Source of the DNA: Eledone cirrhosa
Lineage: Eukaryota
NCBI GenBank assembly: GCA_964016885.1
Contig: OZ024742.1
Coordinates: forward strand, 221,712,001 to 221,776,000
Reading direction: 5' to 3'
DNA: 64,000 nucleotides
Shown here: positions 25,195 through 40,479 of the stretch, one piece after another
How the letters are laid out: every line of letters begins with the position of its first letter
How positions within the stretch are numbered: position 1 is the first letter of the stretch
The notes under the pieces: model-generated
Databases searched by the model: none
What the model saw: only the letters and a program-made list of their open reading frames with translations
Told to the model about the DNA's origin: nothing
Program-made: the position numbers and the translations under genes

Positions 25195-25304
25195 TTAATC
25201 TGTTATTTTAATAAATATTTGCTCTACGGTTCTTATATATTTGATATATATTTATCCTTATCGAGCCCTCTTTGGATTTTAGTCTTCAAATTTATTATTA
25301 TTAC

Positions 25305-25929
<625 letters not shown>

Positions 25930-26244
25930 TCATTCATCCTCTTAAGTTGGCGAAAGCGTGCGACAAATTACTTGAAAAATAATAACCTATGTCGTATTAC
26001 TTGCCTTAACATACTTCCATTACACTTACCACTTATATATATGTGTATGTGTGTGCGTATACATATATACACATGCACACACATGTGTATGTACGTATAT
26101 GTGTGCATGTATGTATATTTGCAGTCAACTAATTTACTATTTCCTTCATTGACGACTGTATTACACCATTAATTTAGCTGCAATGGTTCTTCTATACCAC
26201 TTACTCTTGTACTTTATCTAACTTACAAGAGGTATTATTACGGT

Positions 26245-27110
26245 TGCCAAGTAGTAGTATTAGTGGTGTTGGTAGTGGCGGCGACAGTAGTGATGTTGGT
26301 GGTTGTGGCGGTAGCGGTGATGATGTTGGTGGTGATGGTGGTAGTTGTGGCGGTAGCGGTGATGATGTTGGTGGTTGTGGCGGTAGCGGTGTTGCTGTTG
26401 GTGGTGATGGTGGTGTTTGTAGTGGTAGCGGTGGTGATGTTGGTGGTGATAGTGGTTGTGGCGGTAGCGGTGTTGTTGTTGGTGGTGATGGTGGTGTTTG
26501 TAGTGGTAGCGGTGATGGTGTTGGTGGTGATAGTGGTTGTGGCGGTAGCGGTGTTGCTGTTGGTGGTGATGGTGGTGTTTGTAGTGGTAGCGATGGTGAT
26601 GTTGGCGGTGATAGTGGTTGTGGCGGTAGCGGTGTTGTTGTTGGTGGTGATGGTGGTGTTTGTAGTGGTAGCGGTGGTGATGTTGGTGGTGATAGTGGTT
26701 GTGGCGGTAGCGGTGTTGCTGTTGGTGGTGATGGTGGTGTTTGTAGTGGTAGCGATGGTGATGTTGGTGGTTGTGGTGGTGATAGTGGTTGTGGCGGTAG
26801 CGGTGTTGCTGTTGGTGGTGATGGTGGTGTTTGTAGTGGTAGCGGTGGTGATGTTGGTGGTTGTGGTGGTGATAGTGGTTGTGGAAGGAGCGGTGTTGGT
26901 GTTGGTGGTGATGGTGGTGTTTGTAGTGGTAGCGGTGGTGATGTTGGTGGTTGTGGTGGTGATAGTGGTTGTGGCGGTAGCGGTGTTGTTGTTGGTGGTG
27001 ATGGTGGTGTTTGTAGTGGTAACGGTGGTGATGTTGGTGGTTGTGGTGGTGATAGTGGTTGTGGAGGGAGCGGTGTTGGTGTTGGTGTTGGTGTTGGTGA
27101 TGGTGATGGT
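26245..27110. repeat. GGT-rich minisatellite, about 69/78-bp higher-order unit
   Basis: Recurrent GGTGGTGATGGTGGTGTTTGTAGTGGTAGCGGTGGTGATGTTGGTGGT..GATAGTGGTTGTGGCGGTAGCGGTGTT; several frames open on both strands. Confidence 0.9.
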
Positions 27111-27336
27111 GTTATACACTTGGTATTGGTTGATATGCTGCACCTGTTAGTGTTGACGTTGTTATGCACTTTGTGGTGTTACTGGAAGTGTTGTTGCACT
27201 GGGTAAAACTTAGACGAAGAGAAGAGGCTTGTAGTAATAGCTTTTCTCTTCCAACCAGCAATTATTTTTTTAGTTTAATTTTGTCTATGATATTATATAA
27301 TGAGATGGCATTATTTCGATTGCAGTATTGGTAGAG

Positions 27337-27655
27337 CAGAGGTGTGCAACATATTCCATTGGCGAGCCCCTTTTGAACATTGGAACAACTATTAAGGCCA
27401 TTAATATTTATTAAGCACTATTCCAAAGATTCACCACAACTTCTTTCCATAACATGGAACTGGGAAATTATAACACGTATAACCCTATCAGTGAAGCCCT
27501 TTAGTATAGGTCAACTAACAGAAAATTGTATTACGGTTACCAAAAAAATTCTAAATAAGCCTACAAGGTAAAAATTAAAAACGCTCATCGCGAGCCACTC
27601 TGATTAGTTTGGCGGGTCGGATTGTGACCCGCGAACCGCCTGTTGCACGCCCCTG
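27337..27655. mobile_element. hAT MITE inserted into a SINE head
   Basis: TIRs CAGAGGTGTGCAACA / TGTTGCACGCCCCTG; exact 8-bp TSD TGGTAGAG; the SINE resumes after it. Confidence 0.85.
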
Positions 27656-28627
27656 TGGTAGAGCGTTGGGCAATATGTTTTTCTGCATAGAGTTACGGTC
27701 CTTTACGATCTGAGTTCAAATCCCTCCGAGGTTAGCTTTGCTTTTCATCCTTACGGGGTCGATAAAATAAAGCACCAATAATGCACTGGGATAATTGCTG
27801 GCCTTGTGCCAAAAGAAGAAACAATTATTTCATTAACTTAAACTCTATTATCTTCAGCAGCAGCATCAACATCGTGTGTTTTCCTTGCTGGCATAGATAG
27901 GATGGGTTGTCACGGTCAGCGACTAGACTGCTCGTACGTTCCATTTATGATTGCTATATGATTGCCAACTTCCTAACAGAATGTACACATTATTGTCCTG
28001 TGGTCAGAAGTAGGCGTCAGAGTCATCTCGGTTGAGCTGACAGTTATCTATGAGAGCCGTGTAGATGAATAACAAGAGTACAAGTGAGCCCCTTCTTTTC
28101 ATACTCCTCTGTTTTGGCCTTTTTGAGTAAATATGAAAGAGAAAGTCACAGGTTAAGTTGGCAGAAGGTTCCAGTGCAATAGCAGTAAGGCGTAGGCTAC
28201 TTACCTGAAACATTCATTCGCACTCTTTCCACTAAGTTACTCTTTCTCTCTATCCCTGTCGGTGCAGTCCCTTGCGAATTTCTCGCATAGGCCTGGTGTA
28301 GATTTGCACCCGATCCATCTGCCCGATGCACATGTCCGCTTTGTATGGCCTTTGGAGGAAGGAGTGACCAGCAGTACGTTGTTCAGTATTATTACGAAAA
28401 GGTGTAGCAGAGAATTCCGCGTGAACTAACAGCTCGGGAGGAAACTGCTTACCTCGAAGATTCATTTGCCATCGTTCTTGTCAATGCTCTGTTTAGTTGG
28501 TATTTGTTGGTCTACAGTTACATGAATGGCGCACAAAGGGTTAATGTTTATTGGCAAGAAGTGCAACTGGGCTGGCTTGCCTCGCTTATATTATATTAAC
28601 TGGGTTGGCTGGCCTCGCTTATATTAT

Positions 28628-28827
28628 ATTAAAATAACAGATTAAAGTTTAAGCAAAGAATCGCTGCTTTCACCCTTACTAAACTAAAAAAAAAAACAAT
28701 CCGTGAACGCAGAAGTAAATATTTCGAAAAACTTTGCAACCGAAGGAAAACAGGAAGACGATACTTTGGTTCGTGAAGATGTTCTTTGGCAATGAACGGA
28801 AAATAGCGAACATAATTCGCCATCAAT
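28628..28827 (-). mobile_element. Solo diverged pseudo-LTR of the 23047-25305 PLE family with the HHR core deleted
   Basis: Homologous to 23050-23256, but the CGGGATCTTCTG segment is missing. Confidence 0.8.
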
Positions 28828-29094
28828 GTTTGTCAGAATGTCGTAATGCAGACAGCCAGGCATACAGACAGATATTATAAGGGCGCGACGGAGATGATAA
28901 CCGGCGCCTAACACCCCTTTAACAACAGAAAATTGAAAAATAAAAGCTGCAGTTAATATCTTTAGACCGCAAGGAATGTATAAATGCAAGTTAGAAGTCA
29001 ATCGGTGTAGAAATGTGGATTTGTATAGACTTTGCAAAAATGAGGACACACACACAGACAACTACAGTTTTATATGTGTATAGAAGATGAATAT

Positions 29095-30960
<1,866 letters not shown>

Positions 30961-31283
30961 TAGACATAGTAAAGAGTTGGGTTCTGTGTATCAGTGAGGT
31001 ATGTATGAGAGTTTTTGTGTGTGAGGTCCTCACCAAGTAATTAGTCCTGTACACATTTGGTAGAAAATATCAGCGAAGTATCAACAATTATCTTTCGTGG
31101 TTCTTGACTCATTCTCTCCTATAGTTGCCTTCATTTAGTTTCTGTCTTCGTTTCTTCATAAACGTGGATAATTCTAACCCCATGCCTGTTGTAGCACAGC
31201 TGTGATCTCTTACCTGTAGCCTTGAGCGACTCTCCCATCACCGAGTTACATTTCCTATCCTGATAACTTTTTTTTTTTAATTA

Positions 31284-31452
31284 CCGTATTTTCCGTCGCT
31301 GAAGACGCTTCGTCCTCGAGGACGCACCCTAATTTTGACAACTAAAAATTTGAAAAAAAAAAAATAAACAACCTTCGGCCTCCAGCACGCATGGTAGATT
31401 TTTGGGACTTATTTTTGGAAAAAAGTAGCGTCTTCGACGTCGGGAAATACGG
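31284..31452. mobile_element. Tc1/mariner-superfamily MITE
   Basis: TIRs CCGTATTTTCCGTCG..GAAGACGC / GCGTCTTCGACGTCGGGAAATACGG; TA on both sides. Confidence 0.8.
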
Positions 31453-31469
31453 TAATTAAAACACATGGA

Positions 31470-31752
31470 TAGTATAATTTCATCAGGAACATGGCAATGA
31501 AAGGGTTGTTTAAGGCCATTTTCACTGTTAAAACAGGGGCAGGAGACCCATGGGTAGACCCCGAGCAAGATGATTGGATAACATCCATGAGCTCCGTTGG
31601 TTTCGCTTTGTGGACCCAGCCAGATCAATTGGAAACGGTTGCTTCTGTCAGGAAGGCATGTTTGAAGACACTGTAATCGCAACCCTCCCAGGAATAAGTG
31701 GATGAAGAAGAAGAAGAAGAAGAAGAAGAAGAAGAAGAAGAAGAAGAAGAAA
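31470..31752 (+). mobile_element. RTE-like LINE 3' end with (GAA)n tail (relatives at about 43450-43845 -, 52960-53162 +, 60358-60650 -)
   Basis: RP.GRPRAR(W)LDNI coding remnant followed by GGAATAAGTGG-(GAA)n. Confidence 0.65.
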
Positions 31753-31884
31753 GCTGGAGACATTGTTTTAGCAGGGAAAATGGTCTTAACCCTGGTGGTG
31801 GTAATAGTATTAGTAGTAACAATAGTAGTAGTGGTGGTGTAAATATCACTCATATAGACACTCAACGTCGTGTCCTGTATCGTA

Positions 31885-33400
31885 CTTAATGTCCGTCAAG
31901 GGTACCATCTTTCCGCCCTTCTGTACGTATTGACTCTCAACCTTTTACTGCAGAAGCTGGAACTGATGGAGGGCATCCAGCTGGAACCGAGACGCGGAAA
32001 GACTGTGTCGGCTTATGTGGACATCGCCGTGATGGTTCCGGACACCTTGGAAATCGAGGTAGTTGGCACCTTCTTGGAGGAATATGAAACGTTGACGGGA
32101 GCAAAACTAAACCCGGAAAAATCAGCGGGCTTACAACTCGACACCTGGGGAGGCAAGTCCATGCTGTCAAACAATGTTATCGGTCGCTAGACGGACGGAC
32201 TAGCAAAGTTGATCGGGGTCTAGTTCCGACCAGACCTCTAGGTAGATAACAATTGGGACGAGGTTACCAAGAAATGGGCCGAGAGGAAGCTGTCGTTGAA
32301 AGGTCGGGCGGAGGGGCGAACGCGTACATCGCGTCCGTCATCTACTACTGCCTGACCGTTGTGCCTTGCACCCGTTCGTGCCTCAGCAAATTGGAGCGGC
32401 TGCTCATCAACTTCTTGTGGAGGTGACAGGTTCCGTTGGTGAAGCGGTCCATCTGCTGCCAGCACCCTTTACGCGGAGGGCTGGGCATGCCGTGGCTAAT
32501 GATGCGCAAACATGCGCTGAGGCTGTGGCATCTCTAGATTTTCTGCTTAAATGGTGAACAGGTCTCTTTAACTGAGCTGCAATCCTGGGTCAAGAAAAGG
32601 CCGTGACTCGGCGCCTGGCATCTGGAATGTTGCCAGGCACTCACTGTCCTCTACTAGGTGGATAATGCGGTCAGTGGAACTTCCACTCTTGAGTACTATA
32701 GATAATTAGTGGTGGGCAAATGCAACGACGCACTCAGAGAGGCTCTGGATGTCGACGAAGTCGAACTGACCAGTCTGTTCCGGAGGACTTTCGAGCCAGG
32801 GACTATGGATACCTTCCAGAAATCCCTCACTTAGCAGTGCTATCAGGGGTGATGGAACACTGCCGGTTCGAGATAAACTCTACAAGCGCTGAAGTGCTGT
32901 GAGACGGACCTGCCCGAGATGCAGATGGACGGAACCTTCTGCATGCACTCGACCAGTGTCCGTGCATTACTGACTTGTAAAGTTATGTCGAACGAACAGC
33001 TGGTATCGCGTGTGGGACGAATCCGGCTACCGTTCGAGTGCATCGTGAAAATCGTCTCACCGCCTTTTTTTGGTCGGGAAGAGCAGGCAGTATTCCCCTG
33101 CCTGATGACTGTAGCGAAAGAGATTGTATGGTGGACGAGGCAGAAAGGCCTGCTGACAGACGCTTTTCTCTTCGGCCAATCCCTCATCAATTTTTTTAAG
33201 TTTCACTTAAAAAGGAAGGTAAGAGTGGAGAGGGTGTCCTTCCCGGGTGCCTTGAAGCGTCTGGTGGTTTGGGATTGGTGGGGTACCTGAGTCGCATCTG
33301 GGTAGTTACCCCCATCCCCCATTGGGGAATTTTCATTGTTGTATTTTTCTTGTTTATTGTTATTGTTTTTTTTTATATCGTTTATTCGATTTTTATGTAA
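31885..33400 (+). mobile_element. Degenerate Tx1/L1-clade LINE ORF2 (RT C-terminal half) plus 3' UTR
   Basis: VRQGYHLSALLYVL, SAYVDI, YETLTGAKLNPEKS, KLSLKGRA, GGLGMP; many stops. Confidence 0.8.
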
Positions 33401-33444
33401 ATCCCCACTATCACCATTTATTGTATACGTCGGCCTTTGTGGTC

Positions 33445-34203
33445 AATGGTAGTATCGGTAGAGGGTCGGACGCCATGCTTTGACGCATAGAGTTACGGCC
33501 CTTGCCATTCTGAGTTCAAATCCCGCCGAGGTCAACTTTGCCTTTCATCCTTACGGGGTCGATAAAATAAAGTACCAGTAATGCACTGAGATAATTGCTG
33601 GCCTTGTGCCAAAAGTAGAAACAATTATTATTATTATTATTATTTTGGCAGTATCGGTAGGGAGTCGGACGCCATGCTGTGGAGCATAGAGTTACGGTCC
33701 TTTACGGTCTGATTTCAAATCCCGTCGAGGTTAACTTTGCCTTTCATCCTTACGGGGTCGACAAAATAAAGTACCAGTAATGCACTGGATAATTGCTGGC
33801 CTTGTGCCTAAAGTAGAAACAATTATTATAGCCTTTCATCTTTACGGGGTCGACGAAATAAAGTACCAGTAATGCACTGGGGTAATTGCTGGCCTTGTGC
33901 CAAAAAGTAGAAACAATTATTATAGCCTTTCAGCCTTACGGGCTCGACAAAATAAAGTACCAGTAATGCACTGGGTAATTGCTGGCCTTGTGCCAAAAAG
34001 TAGAAACAATTATTATAGCCTTTCATCCTTACGGGGTCGACGAAATAAAGTACCAGTAATGCACTGGGGTAATTGCTGGCCTTGTGCCAAAAAGTAGAAA
34101 CAATTATTATAGCCTTTCATCCTTACGGGATCGACAAAATAAAGTACCAGTAATGCACTGGTGTAATTTGCTGGCCTTGTGCCAAAAAGTAGAAACAATT
34201 ATT
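33445..34203 (+). repeat. Two SINEs followed by a tandem array of the SINE 3' half (about 93-bp unit, 5 copies)
   Basis: GCCTTTCATCCTTACGGGGTCGAC..GTAGAAACAATTATTATA units starting near 33739, 33831, 33925, 34018 and 34111. Confidence 0.9.
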
Positions 34204-34439
34204 AGTAGTAGTACCGTAGTTATAGCAGCAACAACAACAGCTGCAGTAGTAGTGGTGATGGTGTTGGTGGGTGGTAAGGTGTTAAATTCTCTATTATATA
34301 TTACATATCCTCTTCAGGCAAGCCAAGACCTGGTCTTGTGCCTCGGTTAAAATTACTTCATATAACCAAGTACTTAGATACTTATTTAATTATTTATAGC
34401 GGAGGTCAAACATAGATCACTTCCTCTGGCTCGAGTAGA

Positions 34440-34615
34440 CCTTGAACATTGTCATCATCATCATTATCACCATCAACATCACTATCAACATCACTATCAA
34501 CATCGTCAGCCTCTCCTCCTCCTCATCATCATCATTATCACCATCAACATCACTATCAACATCGTCAGCCTCCCCTCCTCATCATCATCGTCGTCGTCGT
34601 CGTCGTCATTATCAC

Positions 34616-34650
<35 letters not shown>

Positions 34651-34718
34651 ACAGCATCAACATCAATATTGTTGTCAGCCTCCTCTCCCCCAACCTCCTC
34701 CTCCTCTCCCTCTTCATT

Positions 34719-34766
<48 letters not shown>

Positions 34767-34932
34767 GTCGTCGTCGTCGTCGTCGTCGTCGTCATCATCA
34801 TCATCATCATTATCATCATCAGCAACAACAGCACAACAGCAGCATCACCATCATTATTATCATCATCCTCACCTCATCATCACTATCATTGGTTGTGGTG
34901 ATAGTGGTGGTGGGCTGTGGTGGTGGTGGTGA

Positions 34933-34979
<47 letters not shown>

Positions 34980-34980
34980 T
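34440..34980. repeat. (CAT)n/(CGT)n/(TAG)n trinucleotide microsatellite
   Basis: Direct observation. Confidence 0.9.
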
Positions 34981-35074
34981 CTGGTTTATTATTCATGTTT
35001 TGAATAATAAATAAACGAAGAGTTTCCTTTGTTAAAGCAACAATTAGTTACATCTCGGAAAATATGCCACAGAA

Positions 35075-35430
35075 GTGGTTTCACTTGGAAAAGAAGGTGA
35101 GGGTGGAGAGAGGTGTGCTGTCCCCCTCCTCTCCTCTCCCGTACATTTGTTGAAAGGTGGGTGAATGTGGCGAAAATATGCCAGTGTGAATGGGCTGGCT
35201 CTGAGCATGCGCCTGTAGGCTGGTGGATTTTAGGTGGAGGTGCCCTTCCTGGGTGCTCTCGAAGCGTCAGGTGGTTCAGGATTTGAGGCGGGGACCTGAG
35301 TCGCCCCCTATGTAATTTTCCCTCCTATTGGGCAATTTGTATTGTTATATTGTTTATTGTTATCATTTTTATATTATATATTCGATTTTTCTGTACCCCC
35401 CCCCCCCCGTCCCCATCTATTGTATTTTCC
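35075..35430 (+). mobile_element. Tx1-like LINE 3' end, same family as 31885-33400
   Basis: TTTCACTTGGAAAAGAAGGTGAGGGTGGAGAG and GAAGCGTC.GGTGGTT..ACCTGAGTCGC are shared with 33200-33300. Confidence 0.7.
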
Positions 35431-35444
35431 CCTATATGTCGCAA

Positions 35445-36090
35445 CAAGTACCTCAGATAGATAATATTTTCTTCAAAATGTGTGCAGTACCTAGCAAAGC
35501 TGCCTTTTGTATGACACCTAACCTGTATGGTATTTCCAGTCACTTTAAGAAGTCTTGAAGTTTCAATGGGATTGACTCTAATACCCCGATCACAACTGGT
35601 ATCAGTTTCACATTACCCTCTTGCATTCCAAATAGTCTTGCCAGCTCCAATTCAGAGTACGTGGTAACTTTTTCAATCTCCTAACTCGCAATATTCGTGT
35701 CATTTGGTATGATCATGTCGATGATCTGACAGTGTGTGTTTCTTGTTCAACACGACAATGTCAGGTCGGCGATGCTCAATTATTCAGTTTGAAAATCATA
35801 ATCCCAGAATACCGTTGCTTTTCCATCCTTCTGCGTTACTTTACAAAGCACATCCTTATACCAATTCTCTATAACTTCAAATTGGTATTTACGACACAAA
35901 AACCAATGTAGCCAAACTTTATCATGGTGGCGCTTGTATTCTTTTTGCGCAAGGCTCTCATACCCACTTACCAAATGGGTTCCATTTTCCACATTTTTTC
36001 CACAGAGCATACATTTCTGGATGTCAGACGTTTTGTAGATGTTATACTTCACTGAATGGTAGCAAAGCCAACTTTGTGAGTGAAACACAT
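35445..36090 (-). mobile_element. R4/Dong-like RLE non-LTR retrotransposon 3' fragment
   Basis: CMLCG..E...HLVSG..LAQKEYKR.HDKV, FWDYDFQTE..IEHRRPDIV, terminal KAALLGTAHILKKIL. Confidence 0.8.
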
Positions 36091-36686
36091 GTATTGATAA
36101 TAAACATATATTTTATTTTAATTCATTTGTTTGGGATTAGTGTCACCAAACTGTACGGAGGAATGGTTTTCTAGAGGCCATCTGCTGATTGTCATATAGA
36201 TAATGCTATTCCCATAATCAACCTTCGGCTGTCCAAGTATTTCGCTCCAGGTCATGAAAGGCATCAGAACTATGGAGTTGTCCATAGATTTACTCCGACC
36301 CATTGGTGTCTCAGCCTCACACTATTATAGTGGTACCTATAGTCCGGTCAATGAAAAGTTGTGAAACAAGTGGCTTAGTGGTTACGGTTGGTCGACACTC
36401 GATCATCAGACTTAAGTTCGATTTTCGGCGGCGCATGATGTCCTTGATTAAGATACATTGCTTCAGTTTACTCAGCTGCGATGCGGAGGAATAAATTGTA
36501 CCTTGTCGCAAGATGAATCTCCCTTAGAGCTTCATTAAGGTGTACACGTATCTGTGGAATACTTAGCCACTTGCACATTAATTTTCGAGCAGGCTGTTCC
36601 ATTGTTCAAACAACTGGAACACTCATCGTTAAAACCAACGAAGGTCCAACAACGGCCAGGGAAGAGTTATTTCCCTTGATTAAAAC

Positions 36687-36932
36687 ATGGCCTCCCAACA
36701 TTTTTCTCGTGTTAACCATACGGCAATTCAACCACTCCAGACACTTTTGTGGTCAAATTTAGTCAGTGGAATCTTAGTAATCGCATTTCTTATAATCGGA
36801 ATAGAACTAACAAGGTTCAGGAATGTCACAGCTGCTAGTGAAGTCGCTTGTCTCATTGTTGCAGTCCATTCTTTTCTTTTGTGGTTAGTCGGATTAGGAA
36901 ACACAAAATTTCTTCTCGGTAAACAATTTAAA
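36687..36932 (+). CDS. PIGF: PIG-F coding exon 1
   Basis: ATG, two hydrophobic segments, ends K|GTAAGT in phase 0 and joins the next exon in frame. Confidence 0.75.
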
Positions 36933-38004
36933 GTAAGTTTTTGTTTTCCCATGCAAACGTATATATATTCTTTACTTTTTCTTTTAATATATTATGAGTT
37001 TCAGTTATTAGACTGCAGTCATGTTGGGGCATCGCCTTGAAGGGATTTATTTAATCGATTATATTGACCGAAGTACATGTTATTTATGATATCTTTTCTT
37101 CGAACTGCTAACTTACGATATATAAACAAACAGTAAATGTAAACACATACATATGCACACTACTAGTTTTTCAGATTCTACTGTTATATTGAATATATAC
37201 CGTAAAGCATCTCATCCGATGCTTTAACTCCACCACTCACCTACCACACTAGATTGGTAAATATCGTGAGACTTAAACTTCCCATCTTGGGAATCTAATT
37301 CAGGAGGACCTCATCCCTCTCCAGGTCGGAACACAGATTAGTTTCCAGAGGAAGAGAGATAGTAAGAAACAAAGACAGAGTTAATACTTTATTTATCGAC
37401 CATGAAAGAATGAAAAACCAAGTTCACCCCGGTGGGATTTTAACCGAAGGATAAATACCACGGAGAATTTTAATCAAACTCTCCACCAGTTCTGCCAGTT
37501 TGACGTCTTAGTAGTAAGACATTAATTTCTCTATATGGCAATATAACAAGACTTGAGAATATTCAGCTTACTGTAAACTACCTCAGTATACTGGAATGGA
37601 CTTCTGTCAGTTTCGACGATGAATGTTCCATTTTTTCGATCAATAAGAATGCTTTCTGGTGAAATTAATGTGTGACAGAGTGTTCCATAGACACATGTAC
37701 TCCTAATGTAAATCTAATGGAGATTCAGGACGTCACGGTATATGACAAGGTACAGTCCATCTTACGGCTTTTAAAACAGCTCCCATCAACCGAATTTCAC
37801 CCACAAGGTTTTGGTTGACACAAGTAAATGACATTTGCCTAAGATGCCATGCAGTGAAATCGAACCAGGGACCTTATGAGAGTGAAACAAACTTTTTTAA
37901 CCGTTAGGCCATGCTGTGTCGATACTTCTGTATATTATTTACTAACAAACATAGGTTCTACTATATATTATTTCTAAACACACACGCATACCCATATATA
38001 TATA

Positions 38005-38881
38005 TCATCATCATCATCATCAACGTTTAACGTCCGTGTTCCACGCTTGCATGGGTTTGGACGGGGGTATTCCCACTTGAGGCAAGAGTGATTGTCTTGC
38101 TCGCATAGGACTGTCTGGCAGGTTTTCTACAGTTGGATGCCCTTCCTAACACCAACCACATTTACAGTGTGGGACTGGGAGGTTTTTACCGTGTTGCCTA
38201 CACGGCCACATAACAGCGTGGACTGTGTGTTTTTTTGTCGTGACACCTACACGATCTCATTTGTTTCGGCCTGGATGTTGTGGCACCAACATAACTTTAC
38301 ATAGGAGGGGGTGGTGTGGATGGGGGTGTGGGTGGTGGGACGGGGGTGTATTTTGTTAGAGATGCCTACTGGCTGTAGTAGGTTTTACTATGTATTTAGG
38401 TAAGGCGGGTCTTCTCTATTACTGAGTACCGCCAAAGGTCTCGGTCCAGTGACATTGTCTTGGAGAGGTGTAAGTGTGTGAGGTCGGAGTTTATCAGCTC
38501 GTCCCAGGATTTTCTAGGTCTGCCTATTCCGTGGCTACCGTCTATCTTTATTGCCCTGCACTTTGTTATACAGCTATCGACTTTCATGCGCATCACGTGT
38601 CCGTACCAACGTAGCCTTCTCTCGAGTAAACAACATCTGATCCCTCTTATTTCTAATTTTTTCCTTAGTTCGTTTATGCTTTGCCGTTCACGTATATTAC
38701 TATTACACATCCAGCGGAGCATGCAAGCTTCGTTCCTCTCTAGTCTGCGTATATCCTCTGCGCACAATGCCCAGGTCTCGCTGCCATGCAACATTGCTGT
38801 TCGTATGCAGGCTTCATACAACCTGCCTTTCATTTTTAGGGAGAACCCTTTAGCGGCTAACAGTGGTATAAGCTCTCTGAA

Positions 38882-38885
<4 letters not shown>
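38005..38885 (-). mobile_element. RTE-clade LINE 3' end with UTR and (GAT)n tail
   Basis: KGRLYEACIRTAMLHGSETW..RRLRWYGHVMRM..GRPRKSW; the tail GGACGTTAAACGTTGATGATG recurs in many short repeats in the window. Confidence 0.85.
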
Positions 38886-38931
<46 letters not shown>

Positions 38932-39071
38932 GAAGGTGGGTAATATTGTAGAACAATAAAACTATGCATATATCAGATAAGTAGCACTCAACAGTTGGTA
39001 GAACTGGAGTATATATAATAAAGAAAAAATTAATTAATTAATTAATTTCTTCTTTATTTTATATATGTATG

Positions 39072-39136
<65 letters not shown>

Positions 39137-40479
39137 ATACAGGGTGTACAAAAAAATGTATACATACTTCAACAGCATTCTAATAAATATTGCCTGTACA
39201 GGTAATCAAAGTATTACAAATTTATTGGGGACACTCAATGAATATATATATATATCATCATCGGTTTTACGTCCGCTTTTCCATGCTTGTATGGGTATAT
39301 ACATATAATTCAGACACACACATACACCATACATATATTATTTCTATATGCACCCTGAAATATAAATCAAGTGTAAAAAAAAAGTAAAGAGCCCTTAATT
39401 CTTGATGGTGTTATAGGGACACCATCCTGACTCACGGCATGTCTTGGGCATTTAAAACCTTGTAGAGCCCATCCCTCACCAGGCCTGAACGAAACTGATT
39501 TCTTCCAAAGAAAGTAACAAAGAGGATAAATCAACACTAGTACTGGATCAGTACTTTATTTATTATCCTCAAAAGGATGAAAGGCAAAGATGACTTTGGT
39601 GATATTTGAACTTAGAGGGCAGTGAGCCAGAAAAAATACCAAGGCATTTTTAATCTGATATCCTAATTTGCTGCCTTCAGTGTATAACGTACATACTTTA
39701 GAGGAATTAGTAAAAGTCAAATTAATTATTTGGAACCACAACAACAAAAACAACAGGGTCAAAATCTCTCTCAAATATGAAATGAGAGTAGAGTTTGTTA
39801 GTAAAGAAAGTTGTGCTGGAGAAATAGCTGAAGTGGTAGAGTGGTGTAGGACAAAATAAACTATGGTATTTTTTCTGGCTCTGTGCCCTGAGATCAAATT
39901 GGCAATATTGTTAGAGCAACGGCAAAATATATTGATGTTTGTTCTGACTCTGCACTCAGAGATCAAATCTTGCAGAGGTCAACTTTTCTTTTCATTCTTC
40001 CAAGGTCGATAAAATAACAGTACCAGTGAGTGGTGAATTCGTGGAATTGTTAGAGTATTCTGGCTTTCTGCACTCTGAGTTTTCCTTTCATTCTTCCAAA
40101 ATCAATAAACTAACAGTATCAGTCCAGGGTGGTGAATTGAGATGCCTTGTGGTATTTGTTTGGATTTTTTGCATTCTGAATTCAAATTCTGCTATGGTGC
40201 CTTTAGTGGAGTTGTAAAAATTAAGACCAGACACCTTCTCCAATCCATCTTTCATCAATCTCAGAGGCTCTTCCCTCACAGACTAAACAGTAGAAAAAAT
40301 AAGAAAATTGAATAATTTTAATGAATTAAAAATTCAGGGTTTCCTCCCTTTGCCTTTAAAAAAAACAACAAATAGTTGTTTAGAAAATGATAGTTTACTA
40401 GCAGCTAAAAGGAAAAGAAGCATGCATGCTTCGCTGGATGTGCAGTGTTTATGTACATAAATGAGAGAGCATTAGTTAA

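Larger units (their letters stand above)
23047..25305 (+). mobile_element. Second 5'-truncated Hydra-like PLE with inverted pseudo-LTR
   Basis: 23047-23258 is the reverse complement of about 25005-25216; RT thumb plus GIY-YIG ORF between them; about 130-bp tandem duplication in the 3' UTR (about 24795-25065); tail to 25305; (TA)n flanks. Confidence 0.9.

Noticed and set aside
26201-27206. Four ORFs of about 300 aa (Pro-rich, Thr-rich mucin-like, Gly-rich, Val-rich)
   Set aside because: All arise from one GGT-based minisatellite open on both strands; frames starting at the nearest minus-strand acceptor hit stops before the repeat.
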